This document shows, in pieces, positions 9,452-19,905 of a stretch of DNA of 64,000 bases (the first letter of the stretch is position 1; each line of letters opens with the position of its first letter). The stretch comes from Chitinophagaceae bacterium (GTDB lineage Bacteria; Bacteroidota; Bacteroidia; Chitinophagales; Chitinophagaceae). The notes under the pieces were generated by a model that saw only the letters and a program-made list of their open reading frames with translations, searched no databases and had not been told where the DNA came from. A program made the position numbers and the translations under genes. Where the stretch lies: assembly GCA_043787935.1 (NCBI GenBank), contig JAYVUL010000006.1, forward strand, positions 1,577 through 65,576, given 5' to 3'.

Positions 9452-11011
9452 TTGAACCGCAACCAATCCATACAACAACTATCTGCCACCATCCAATGGG
9501 ATATCATCATCATCGGCGGCGGGGCCACAGGATTGGGTTGTGCCGTAGATGCTGCGAGCCGTGGCTACAAAACTTTGTTGCTGGAAAAATATGATTTTGC
9601 AAAAGGCAGCAGCAGCAGGGCAACAAAATTAGTGCATGGTGGGGTGAGGTATCTGGCACAGGGGAATATCCGGCTGGTAAGAGAAGCATTAATTGAAAGA
9701 GGAAGGCTGCTGGCCAATGCGCCACATATATGTCATACCCTGGCCTTTGTAGTGCCTTTTTATAATCGGTGGCAAAAATGGTATTATGGATTTGGGTTAT
9801 GGTTATACGAATTGCTTTCGGGCAAGTTAAGTTTGGGACCCACAAAATTGTTGAGTAAAAAAGGGGCATTAAGAAACCTGCCTGATCTGTCTGCTGATAA
9901 ACTGGTTGGTGGTATTCTGTATTTTGATGGCCAGTTTGATGACAGCCGCCTCGCTATCAGTCTGGCACAAACTGCAGCGGAACTGGGGGCAACTGTGATC
10001 AATTATTTGGGTGTGACAGGAGTTATAAAAAATGACAATAAGATAAATGGCGTGGTTGCCAAAGATGAATTGACAGGGATTAATTTTGAAATTGCGGGCA
10101 AAGTAATCATCAATGCAACGGGTGTTTTTGCCGATGACCTGCTGCAAATGGCTGAAGGGCACAAAGAACAAACCATTGCCCCATCGCAGGGAATTCATTT
10201 GGTGCTGGATAAACATTTCTTCAGGGGCATTGCAGGGCTGATGATTCCAAAAACTGATGATGGCCGTGTGTTGTTTGCCATACCGTGGCATGATAAGTTA
10301 TTGTTGGGTACTACAGATACACCTGTTGAAAATATTGTAACAGAACCAAAGCCATTAAAAGAGGAAATTGATTTTGTTATCAGTCATTTCAATCGCTATG
10401 CTTCTTCGGTTATTGGTTACCCTGATGTGCAGAGTGTGTTTGTTGGTTTGCGGCCATTGGCAAAAACAGGAAATGCTAAAAAGACAGCAATAATGCCGAG
10501 GGACCATCATATTGCAGTGCTGCCTTCAGGATTGATTCATGTAACAGGAGGTAAATGGACAACGTATAGGAATATGGCAGAACATGCGGTAGATAAAGCC
10601 ATTGAATCCGGCAATCTAAAAGCATCTGCCTGCCTTACAAAAAACCTGCGCATTCATGGCTGGACTGAAAATAAAGCAGGTTCCCATTTATCTATCTACG
10701 GCTGCGATGCAGCAGCGATTAAAAAAATGATTGAAGAAGAGGCATCTTTAGAAGAAAAAATTCATCCGCAATATCCATACACCAAAGCAGAAGTAAAATG
10801 GATGGTGGTATATGAAATGGCCATAACAGTAGAAGATATTTTGGCGAGAAGAATACGATTATTATTTTTAGATGCAAAGGCAGCCATGGAGGCAGCGCCG
10901 GTTGTTGCCGGAATGATGGCAGCTGCTATGGATAAAGATGAAGCATGGGTAAGATTCCAGGTGGATAACTTTAATAAATTAGCAGCCGGATATTTGATTT
11001 TGGATGTATAA
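9452..11011 (+). CDS. glpD: FAD-dependent glycerol-3-phosphate dehydrogenase/oxidase
   Basis: IIGGGATGLG FAD motif, SSRATKLVHGGVRYL, GGKWTTYR; lies between glpK and glpF; TTG start. Confidence 0.93.
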   Translation: MNRNQSIQQLSATIQWDIIIIGGGATGLGCAVDAASRGYKTLLLEKYDFAKGSSSRATKLVHGGVRYLAQGNIRLVREALIERGRLLANAPHICHTLAFVVPFYNRWQKWYYGFGLWLYELLSGKLSLGPTKLLSKKGALRNLPDLSADKLVGGILYFDGQFDDSRLAISLAQTAAELGATVINYLGVTGVIKNDNKINGVVAKDELTGINFEIAGKVIINATGVFADDLLQMAEGHKEQTIAPSQGIHLVLDKHFFRGIAGLMIPKTDDGRVLFAIPWHDKLLLGTTDTPVENIVTEPKPLKEEIDFVISHFNRYASSVIGYPDVQSVFVGLRPLAKTGNAKKTAIMPRDHHIAVLPSGLIHVTGGKWTTYRNMAEHAVDKAIESGNLKASACLTKNLRIHGWTENKAGSHLSIYGCDAAAIKKMIEEEASLEEKIHPQYPYTKAEVKWMVVYEMAITVEDILARRIRLLFLDAKAAMEAAPVVAGMMAAAMDKDEAWVRFQVDNFNKLAAGYLILDV

Positions 11012-11084
11012 TGCCGGGTGAGGTAATAAAAAATCGGTTACCAAAGCATCAAAAAATTAGAAACGAATAATGGAATAACGAGAA

Positions 11085-11126
11085 ACAAACTTTCAACCTT
11101 AAACATTCAACTTTAAACTTTACAAC
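11085..11126 (+). repeat. Tandem heptamer array directly before the glpF start
   Basis: ACAAACT TTCAACC TTAAACA TTCAACT TTAAACT TTACAAC, then ATG. Confidence 0.65.
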
Positions 11127-11831
11127 ATGTCTCCTTTCATTTCTGAATTTGTGGGCACTTCAATTTTATTGTTACTTGGCAATGGCGTAGTGGCCAATGT
11201 GGTGTTGAGTAAAACCAAAGGCAATGGAGGAGGCTGGATCGTGATCAGCTTTGGATGGGCTATGGCCGTATTCGTGGGGGTGTATGCAAGTGCTGCTGCC
11301 AGTGGTGCACATTTGAATCCTGCCATTACGATTGGATTGGCATTGAAGAGTGGAGACTGGAGCAAGGTGCCATTGTACATTGCTGCACAAATGTTGGGAG
11401 CAATATTTGGTTCCTTTTTAGTTTGGATAAGTTACCGCCAGCATTTTGATGCTACAGAAAATAAGGATTTAAAGCTGGCCGTTTTTTGTACCACGCCGGC
11501 TATTAAAAGCCCGCTGGATAATTTTTTAAGTGAAATGATCGGCACCTTTCTGTTGATGCTGGGGGTATTATTTTTAAGCGCCCCCGAATCAAAGCTTGGG
11601 TCATTAGATGCATTGCCGGTAGCATTTTTGGTACTGGCCATCGGTTTGTCTTTAGGGGGCAGTACCGGCTATGCCATCAACCCTGCCCGTGATTTTGGAT
11701 CAAGACTGGCACATTTTCTTTTACCCATAAAAAATAAACGGGATAGTGATTGGGGGTATAGCTGGATACCTGTGGTGGCACCGGTTACAGGGGCTGTGCT
11801 GGCAGTATGGGTGCATTCATTTCTGGCATAG
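11127..11831 (+). CDS. glpF: Glycerol uptake facilitator (MIP family)
   Basis: SGAHLNPA and GYAINPARD NPA boxes; glp operon context. Confidence 0.95.
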   Translation: MSPFISEFVGTSILLLLGNGVVANVVLSKTKGNGGGWIVISFGWAMAVFVGVYASAAASGAHLNPAITIGLALKSGDWSKVPLYIAAQMLGAIFGSFLVWISYRQHFDATENKDLKLAVFCTTPAIKSPLDNFLSEMIGTFLLMLGVLFLSAPESKLGSLDALPVAFLVLAIGLSLGGSTGYAINPARDFGSRLAHFLLPIKNKRDSDWGYSWIPVVAPVTGAVLAVWVHSFLA

Positions 11832-12049
11832 CTAATCTTTCTGTACAGGTATCTTTGTACGCAGGTACAGTGAAGTGCAGTGTAAAATATGCCGGGAAAT
11901 ACCTGTTAAAAAACCTAACCACCAGGAAATAAATCCACTGGCTTTTTAAGGAATTTTTCCTTGCTTTCTGGGATGGCCTTGCAATTCTCTTTACAACTTA
12001 CCTTAGGTTAGCTTAATTTTACAATCTTTTGATAAAGTAGTCTTGTACA

Positions 12050-14230
12050 ATGAAGAAATATTTTCTGCCGTTGATCTTTTTTTTTACTGTGGCACATTTA
12101 CAATCCCATGCACAGTTCTCCCGTTATATCATCCGTTTTAAAAATAAAACGGGCACCCCCTATTCCATTGCTAACCCTGCCTCATTCCTCACCCAGCGGG
12201 CAATTGACCGAAGGGTAAGATATGGTATTGCCATTGACACAACCGACCTGCCTGTTGTGCCCCGGTACCTGGACAGCATCCGCCTGTCTGGCAACGTTAC
12301 TATTCTAAATAACAGTAAATGGCTGAACCAGGTTTGCATATTAACAACTGATGCAAGGGCATTAACCAAAATAAATTCCTTTGACTTTGTTTTATCCACT
12401 TCTCCTATTGCGGCAAAAATACAAACGGCACTGCACCCGGTAAATAAACAGCTTGACCCTCCTTATACACTTGCACCGGCTACTCCATTATCGGTGCAAA
12501 ATGCTACTGATTTTTACAGCTATGGTTCTTCCTACAACCAGGTGCATTTGCACCATGCCGAATTCCTGCACAACCTTGGTTTCAGGGGGCAGGGGATGCA
12601 ACTGGCGGTTATTGATGATGGCTTTTATAATTACCAGAACCTGCCCACCTTTGACAGCGCAATAATCAATAACCAAATACTCGGAACCTGGGATTTTGTG
12701 ACCAACAACAGCAGTGTAAGCGAAGACGATATACATGGTATGGAATGCTTAAGCACCATTGCCTCCAACATGCCCGGCAACTTTGTTGGTACAGCGCCTG
12801 CCGCTTCCTATTACCTCTACCGCACAGAAGATGTGGCATCGGAATACCCGGTGGAAGAACAGAACTGGGCCGCTGCAGCAGAAAGGGCTGATAGCCTTGG
12901 GGTGGATGTTTTTTCTGTTTCACTAGGCTACAACACTTTTGATAACAGCGTTTTCAACTATACATATGCCGACATGAATGGCAATACTACCCTCATTGCA
13001 CGTGCCGCTAACCTGGCAGCAAAAAAAGGGATCATTGTGGTAGCAGCAGCAGGCAATGATGGTAACAACAGCTGGCACTATATTGCCACCCTGGGTGACG
13101 CAGACAGTGCGCTTACCATCGGCGCTGTAAATATCAACCGGCAGGTGGCAAGCTTCAGCAGCTATGGCCCCAACAGCGACGGGCAAATAAAACCCGATGT
13201 AGCCGCTGTAGGCGTAAGTGCAGTAGTGGCCAACCCTAATTCCGGACAGCCTTCCTTTGGTAATGGTACTTCTTTTGCCACTCCCATCATGGCAGGCATT
13301 ACCACCTGTTTGTGGCAGGCTTTTCCTGAAATAAAAAACCTGGATATTATTGACGCCCTTCGCCAGTCGGGAGACAGGTACACTACCCCTGATAACCGCA
13401 CCGGCTACGGAGTGCCTGATGTAAAGAATGCATTTGTATTGCTGGTTAAAAAACTGCATTCCCAATCTGCTGTTATCAGTAATTGCAATGCCGTATTCAA
13501 CTACAGCATCAAGGCTGCAGCAGGAATGAATGTGGTGATAGAAAGAAAGCTGCCTTCAGATTCCAATTATGTGGCCATTGCAACACAAAACTTTACTGGC
13601 AGTTTCACCAACAGGCTTTTCAGTTATACCGATTCATTACGCACTTACACCAGCGGTGTTGACATTCAGTACCGCATCAAAATGAATATTGGCGCTGATA
13701 CCAGTTTTTATGTAGACTCTGTTGTACTCCCTTACAACAGCCAGTGTGCACCGGTTACGGAAAGAAAAATATGCCCCGGAACGGCTACCTATTTTTCTGT
13801 TGATCCACAGGAAAACGGATACACGTACACCTGGCAGTTCAATACCGGCTCCGGCTTTGCTGATATTTTAAATAACAATATTTACAGCGGCGCAAATACC
13901 AGGGTGCTTGTTTTGAACAACCTTCCTCAAAATTATTATGGCTACCAATACAGATGTGCACAAACCGATGGTTTCACCACTTTGTACAGCACGCCTATTG
14001 CATTGAAGTTCAGCAGCTCCTGGACGGGGGCAGTTAGCACAGCATGGGAAGACAGCAGGAACTGGGGGTGCGGCATTATACCCACACAATATATTGATGT
14101 GAGTATCGGGAGCAGCGTCACCCATTACCCAGTTGTAAATTCTGCTGCTGCCTGTCATTCACTCACTACTTTGCCCGGTGCTTCGGTTACGGTACAAAAT
14201 GGTTTCCGGTTGGATGTGCTGGGGAATTGA
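12050..14230 (+). CDS. Secreted S8 (subtilisin-like) serine peptidase with C-terminal Ig-like and Trp-rich modules
   Basis: Signal peptide; triad motifs VIDDG, HGMECLS and GNGTSFATP; AAGND; no canonical T9SS CTD at the C-terminus. Confidence 0.9.
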   Translation: MKKYFLPLIFFFTVAHLQSHAQFSRYIIRFKNKTGTPYSIANPASFLTQRAIDRRVRYGIAIDTTDLPVVPRYLDSIRLSGNVTILNNSKWLNQVCILTTDARALTKINSFDFVLSTSPIAAKIQTALHPVNKQLDPPYTLAPATPLSVQNATDFYSYGSSYNQVHLHHAEFLHNLGFRGQGMQLAVIDDGFYNYQNLPTFDSAIINNQILGTWDFVTNNSSVSEDDIHGMECLSTIASNMPGNFVGTAPAASYYLYRTEDVASEYPVEEQNWAAAAERADSLGVDVFSVSLGYNTFDNSVFNYTYADMNGNTTLIARAANLAAKKGIIVVAAAGNDGNNSWHYIATLGDADSALTIGAVNINRQVASFSSYGPNSDGQIKPDVAAVGVSAVVANPNSGQPSFGNGTSFATPIMAGITTCLWQAFPEIKNLDIIDALRQSGDRYTTPDNRTGYGVPDVKNAFVLLVKKLHSQSAVISNCNAVFNYSIKAAAGMNVVIERKLPSDSNYVAIATQNFTGSFTNRLFSYTDSLRTYTSGVDIQYRIKMNIGADTSFYVDSVVLPYNSQCAPVTERKICPGTATYFSVDPQENGYTYTWQFNTGSGFADILNNNIYSGANTRVLVLNNLPQNYYGYQYRCAQTDGFTTLYSTPIALKFSSSWTGAVSTAWEDSRNWGCGIIPTQYIDVSIGSSVTHYPVVNSAAACHSLTTLPGASVTVQNGFRLDVLGN

Positions 14231-14395
14231 TGGATAAGCTATTTTTAATGAAGGGTATTGCCTCAGTATTTATTTTTCAACAGTTCAATAGTAATTCTTC
14301 CCCTCAACGGAGCGTCGCCACCTCACTCTTATCAGGGCTCAAAACCCTTCCCCAAAAAATCCTACATCCGATTTCACTTTTCAAACCGCAACCCT

Positions 14396-14403
14396 TACCT
14401 TTG
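14396..14403 (+). promoter_or_regulatory. Bacteroidota -7 promoter element for atpD
   Basis: TACCTTTG about 40 bp upstream of the atpD ATG. Confidence 0.55.
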
Positions 14404-14441
14404 CCGCCAAAATCATATAATACATCATACATCATACTTAA

Positions 14442-15950
<1,509 letters not shown>

Positions 15951-16067
15951 GTACGCCACTATGCCCTAAGCAGGGCTTAGTTATAATCAGTTCAACTATA
16001 TAATACGAGTTCATAAATTTAGTAGTACAGGATTTTTTGTGATCAGCAGTTGTTTTTCATATCAACT

Positions 16068-16096
16068 TCGTTGCGTCGCACTCTTATACTGAATAC
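16068..16096 (+). repeat. Dispersed repeat, family B
   Basis: TCGTTGCGTCGCACTCTTATACTGAATAC; 26/29 identical to 34361-34389. Confidence 0.8.
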
Positions 16097-16167
16097 TGTG
16101 TACAACATTATTAAACAATTTCTCTGCCTGTTACTCAGCAGTATGCTTTTGGCAAGCAGGGTCTAAA

Positions 16168-16186
16168 GCCCCTTTAGGGGTTGGGT
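16168..16186. repeat. REP-like palindrome (CCCCTTTAGGGG type) before atpC
   Basis: GCCCCTTTAGGGGTTGGGT; similar to 53091-53115 and 32873-32891. Confidence 0.6.
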
Positions 16187-16191
16187 TATCT

Positions 16192-16443
16192 ATGACACTA
16201 GAAATATTAACACCAGAACGAAAAATTTTCAGCGGTGAAGTGTACGGTGTACAACTACCGGGTATCAGCGGTTTATTTGAAGTATTGGATAAACATGCAC
16301 CAATGGTAAGTGCTTTAAAAGCCGGTAAACTGAAAATATTGACTGATAAATCATCCACTACATTATACAACATCCAAAGCGGCTTTGCAGAAATACTCAA
16401 CAACAAAGCCACCGTGCTGGTAGAAGGCGCGGAGGAGGTGTAA
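16192..16443 (+). CDS. atpC: ATP synthase F1 subunit epsilon (short form)
   Basis: MTLEILTPE...LPGISGLFEVLDKHAP...GFAEI; directly after atpD. Confidence 0.95.
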   Translation: MTLEILTPERKIFSGEVYGVQLPGISGLFEVLDKHAPMVSALKAGKLKILTDKSSTTLYNIQSGFAEILNNKATVLVEGAEEV

Positions 16444-16471
16444 TCTTTTTTTACCACTGTTAATTGCTTAT

Positions 16472-16500
16472 AAAAACCGGTGCTTTTGCACTGGTTTTTT
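16472..16500 (+). terminator. Rho-independent terminator after atpC
   Basis: AAAAACCGGTGC-TTTT-GCACTGGTTTTTT. Confidence 0.8.
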
Positions 16501-16666
16501 GTTTTATAACACCGCAGTTTTTTGGTAACCGGTTCGGCCTGTTGTAAATTACAATATCGTGTATTACCTTACACCAGTTAAAAGATTCCTTTCCCTTTTT
16601 TGAAAGCATGCACCGCTTACTTCTGCCAGATATTTTTTTATAACAAAAAAAATAAACATCAGAAAT

Positions 16667-18133
16667 ATGAAACACATCAAACCAGGCCTTTTGCAGAGCT
16701 ACCTTAAGATAATGGAAGCTGCAAACAAAAGCAATGACGGCAACCGCTGCATGATTGGCCCAGCCCCCGATTTAAAAAATCAATTAAAAGGTGATTTGAA
16801 GAAACTGAAAAGAGACCTGGGGTCATCTGTTTTCAGCAACATGTTAAAGCCTTTGGGAAAAACCAAAGTAGGTTTCAATGATGCGTTGCATCGGCCAGGT
16901 AGCGCCTTTCCTTTAGGGATGTCTGCAAGCCGGGTAAGGTCGTCAGCATCCACCCGGTCGCCAATGCAGGGTATTGTTAGGGTCATCGTGGTATTGGTAG
17001 ATTTTTCTGACAAAACATTAGCCCATACTAAAAAGCAGTTCCAGGATTTATTCTTTTCTGATGGGGTATTGGCTACCGGTAGTGTAAAAGAATATTATAA
17101 GGAAGTCACCAATGGATTGGTGAATATAGCGGGAGAGGTAGTTGGTCCGTACCGGATGCCTAAAACCATGGCAGCCTATGCCCATGGCGAAAGCGGCATG
17201 GGTGATTCAGCACCCAATGCCCGTACACTGGCGCAGGATGCAGCCAAAGCAGCGAACAAAGCGGTAAATTTTGCTCAATATGATAATGACAGTGATGGTT
17301 TTGTAGATGCTTTTGTAGTGATACATGCAGGAAGCGGTGCCGAAGAAACCGGCAAGGTTGGTGATATATGGAGCCATAAATGGTTGCTGCACGATCCATT
17401 CAATGCGGATGGCACCCAGGTGTACTCCTACCTTACGGTTCCCGAAGATTGTAAGCTTGGCGTATGTGCACATGAACTGGGCCATTTATTGTTTGGCTTC
17501 CCCGATTTATATGATAGTGATTACACCAGCGAAGGAATTGGCGATTGGTGCCTGATGGCCGGCGGTAGCTGGAACAATGGCGGGCTTACTCCGGCACATC
17601 CCTGTGGTTGGTGCAAGGCTCAGCAAAACTGGGTGAATACCGTAACACTCAGCGGTAATAAAAAAGCATTGTCTATCCCTGATGTAAAAGACTCCAACAC
17701 CATTTACCGGCTTTGGAAAGAAGGTGCCAGCGGCAGTGAATATTTTTTAGCGGAAAACCGAACAAAGAAAAAGTATGATAAGTTTTTGCCGGGAGAAGGG
17801 TTATTGATTTATCATATTGACGATGCAATGGATAGCAATGATAACGAACTGCATTATAAAGTAGCCCTGCTGCAGGCGGATGGCAAAAGGCACCTGGAAG
17901 GCGGTGTAAATGGCGGTGATACCGGTGATGCCTGGCCGGGAACAGCTAATAAAAAAACTTTTAGCAGCACCAGCAACCCCAGTTCCAAGTCTTATGGAAG
18001 CATTAATACCGATGTAGCAATAAAAAACATTAAAAATAAGGCAGGTATAATCACTGCTGACCTGTTTGTAAAAAAGGGGCCTGCAGTAGCCCCGGCTAAA
18101 ACGAAATCAAACCCCAGGGGAGGCAAAAAGTAA
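16667..18133 (+). CDS. M6 family (immune inhibitor A-like) zinc metalloprotease with no signal peptide
   Basis: CAHELGHLLFGFPDLYD zinc motif, DNDSDGFVD, IWSHKW, WCLMAGGSW, GLLIYHID. Confidence 0.88.
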   Translation: MKHIKPGLLQSYLKIMEAANKSNDGNRCMIGPAPDLKNQLKGDLKKLKRDLGSSVFSNMLKPLGKTKVGFNDALHRPGSAFPLGMSASRVRSSASTRSPMQGIVRVIVVLVDFSDKTLAHTKKQFQDLFFSDGVLATGSVKEYYKEVTNGLVNIAGEVVGPYRMPKTMAAYAHGESGMGDSAPNARTLAQDAAKAANKAVNFAQYDNDSDGFVDAFVVIHAGSGAEETGKVGDIWSHKWLLHDPFNADGTQVYSYLTVPEDCKLGVCAHELGHLLFGFPDLYDSDYTSEGIGDWCLMAGGSWNNGGLTPAHPCGWCKAQQNWVNTVTLSGNKKALSIPDVKDSNTIYRLWKEGASGSEYFLAENRTKKKYDKFLPGEGLLIYHIDDAMDSNDNELHYKVALLQADGKRHLEGGVNGGDTGDAWPGTANKKTFSSTSNPSSKSYGSINTDVAIKNIKNKAGIITADLFVKKGPAVAPAKTKSNPRGGKK

Positions 18134-18146
18134 CGGTGCATAAAAT

Positions 18147-18210
18147 GCTGTATTGATGCCGGTTGTTACTTAAAAAAGTATAAGGGCATTGATACAGCTT
18201 ATGTTTTTTA
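18147..18210 (+). terminator. Long hairpin plus T tract between the M6 protease and the small ORF
   Basis: GCTGTATTGATGCC ... GGCATTGATACAGC (14-bp stem including two G-U pairs) followed by TTATGTTTTTT. Confidence 0.45.
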
Positions 18211-18302
18211 TACAATAATAACCTTGCCGTTTTAACAGTTGGATTTAAACAGACCGGTTTAAAAAATAATACAGTTAATTTTACACTCTAAATTGTAAGA
18301 TT

Positions 18303-18623
18303 ATGGTGCAAATGACTCCTAATGCCGCTTTGATACAGGGTGCTGTTTTTGCTATTGAGAATTATGCCGCACAGGAAGGTTTTTTTTTAATTACGCTTTT
18401 GGTAGCTGATGCCGGGGAAAAAGAGGGGACCACATTTTTGGGAAATGATATAGCGGGTAAAGAAGCAAAAATTTTAGTAAGCGGGGATTTGAAAAAGAAA
18501 TTAAAACTGCAGCCGGCAACAAGTATTACAGGTGAAATAAAAAAAGTAAGTCCTTTTTTATGGCGGGCCATAGAAGATACCTGGCAGGTAGCTGATGCTG
18601 CAAAAAAGGCGGCTAAAGGCTAG
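18303..18623 (+). CDS. Hypothetical protein (106 aa)
   Basis: ATG start, beta-rich core, Lys/Ala-rich tail; co-oriented with the M6 protease. Confidence 0.65.
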   Translation: MVQMTPNAALIQGAVFAIENYAAQEGFFLITLLVADAGEKEGTTFLGNDIAGKEAKILVSGDLKKKLKLQPATSITGEIKKVSPFLWRAIEDTWQVADAAKKAAKG

Positions 18624-18691
18624 TTTCTTATCCCTCTGTGATTCTTAATTGTTGGCAGTAACCACCTCAAATTGAAAACCAGGTATCTAAA

Positions 18692-19582
18692 TCAATCTCT
18701 GATACAACGTACAGAAAATCCATGGCCGGTATCTGTGTAGGCCATGCTTATAAGGTTATCATTATAACTCAGGCTGATATACCAGGCGGAGTTATTCCCA
18801 CTTACATTTGTGGCACTCCAAAAATATCCGTATTTGCCAATATAGTTGGAAATGCCAATTGAATTGTCTGCCCCACTTCGGTATCCTCCAGGGAGCCCTG
18901 AGAAACCGCTGGTATTTGTTGCGTCTGTATTGGGGCTTAACCAATGTGTTAAACCTATTTCTTTCATTGCTCCTCCACCCGGCAAATTTCGACCTACGAT
19001 TGTAAAAGAGGTATCCGCGGCTGGACTTATACATTTAATTATTTTCTTCCATTCTGCACCGGAAGGGATATGCCATCCTGCTGGAGACAATCCTCTTGGG
19101 TCGTGTATGGCAAACCAGTTATACAGTTTTCCATAAGTAGCCGCATAAGCAGCACTGTCATTATTGTACCAGCACCATCCACCAGTTTGAAGGTTTATCC
19201 ATTGCACAGAATCTGTCACCTCCGGTATTGAGTCTCCATTTCTATATCGGCTAACAGTTAGGTTTTCCGACATGCAAACCAACTTGCAAATTGCAATGGT
19301 GTTATAAATATTTCCATCAATATCTGCGGGGTTGCTTAATATATTAAGTACAATTCCAGGATTAACAGTAACTAATTTGCCATTTGTATTTAATGCTTTA
19401 CAGTTTGCATTAACATCAATAGTAATATTATAGCTTAAATACACACTGTCATTACTGGTAGGTATATGATTATTACTCCAAAGAGCTGCATTACTCCATA
19501 AACCTGCTGCCACATTAGTTACTTGACCGTCAATTGAAGCAGTTGTAATAAATAAAAAAAGAAAAATGGAAACTACCTTCAT
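18692..19582 (-). CDS. FISUMP (Fibrobacter succinogenes major paralogous) domain protein with an N-terminal Trp-rich module
   Basis: Signal peptide from ATG 19582; DIDGNIYNTI, ENLTVSRYRNGD, YGKLYNW, PAGWHIPS, GFSGLPGGYR and GFSVRCIRD motifs. Confidence 0.88.
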   Translation of the reverse strand: MKVVSIFLFLFITTASIDGQVTNVAAGLWSNAALWSNNHIPTSNDSVYLSYNITIDVNANCKALNTNGKLVTVNPGIVLNILSNPADIDGNIYNTIAICKLVCMSENLTVSRYRNGDSIPEVTDSVQWINLQTGGWCWYNNDSAAYAATYGKLYNWFAIHDPRGLSPAGWHIPSGAEWKKIIKCISPAADTSFTIVGRNLPGGGAMKEIGLTHWLSPNTDATNTSGFSGLPGGYRSGADNSIGISNYIGKYGYFWSATNVSGNNSAWYISLSYNDNLISMAYTDTGHGFSVRCIRD

Positions 19583-19905
19583 TTTGTACCCCAAATTAAA
19601 TTATACCCTATTAAGATTAATGAATTTACTTTTAGTAAATATAGATTTTTTTGTGTTTTCATAAGATCAACACTTTAAAAGATACTGACAAAAGGCCATT
19701 GCCAACAATGCATTTAAGATAGTAAGGCAGGACATTGGCACATCAGCAATTTCTCTTTATTCATCATCTGCTATCGGGTAGACTATTACTAAATTGTTTT
19801 TTTTGACCAGGATAATTTCGTTCTTATATTATATCTGCGGCTGGAGCAGACACAGCATCAAATACCTGCCCATTTTAAATGTGGGACGATAACTGCGTTA
19901 GTATA

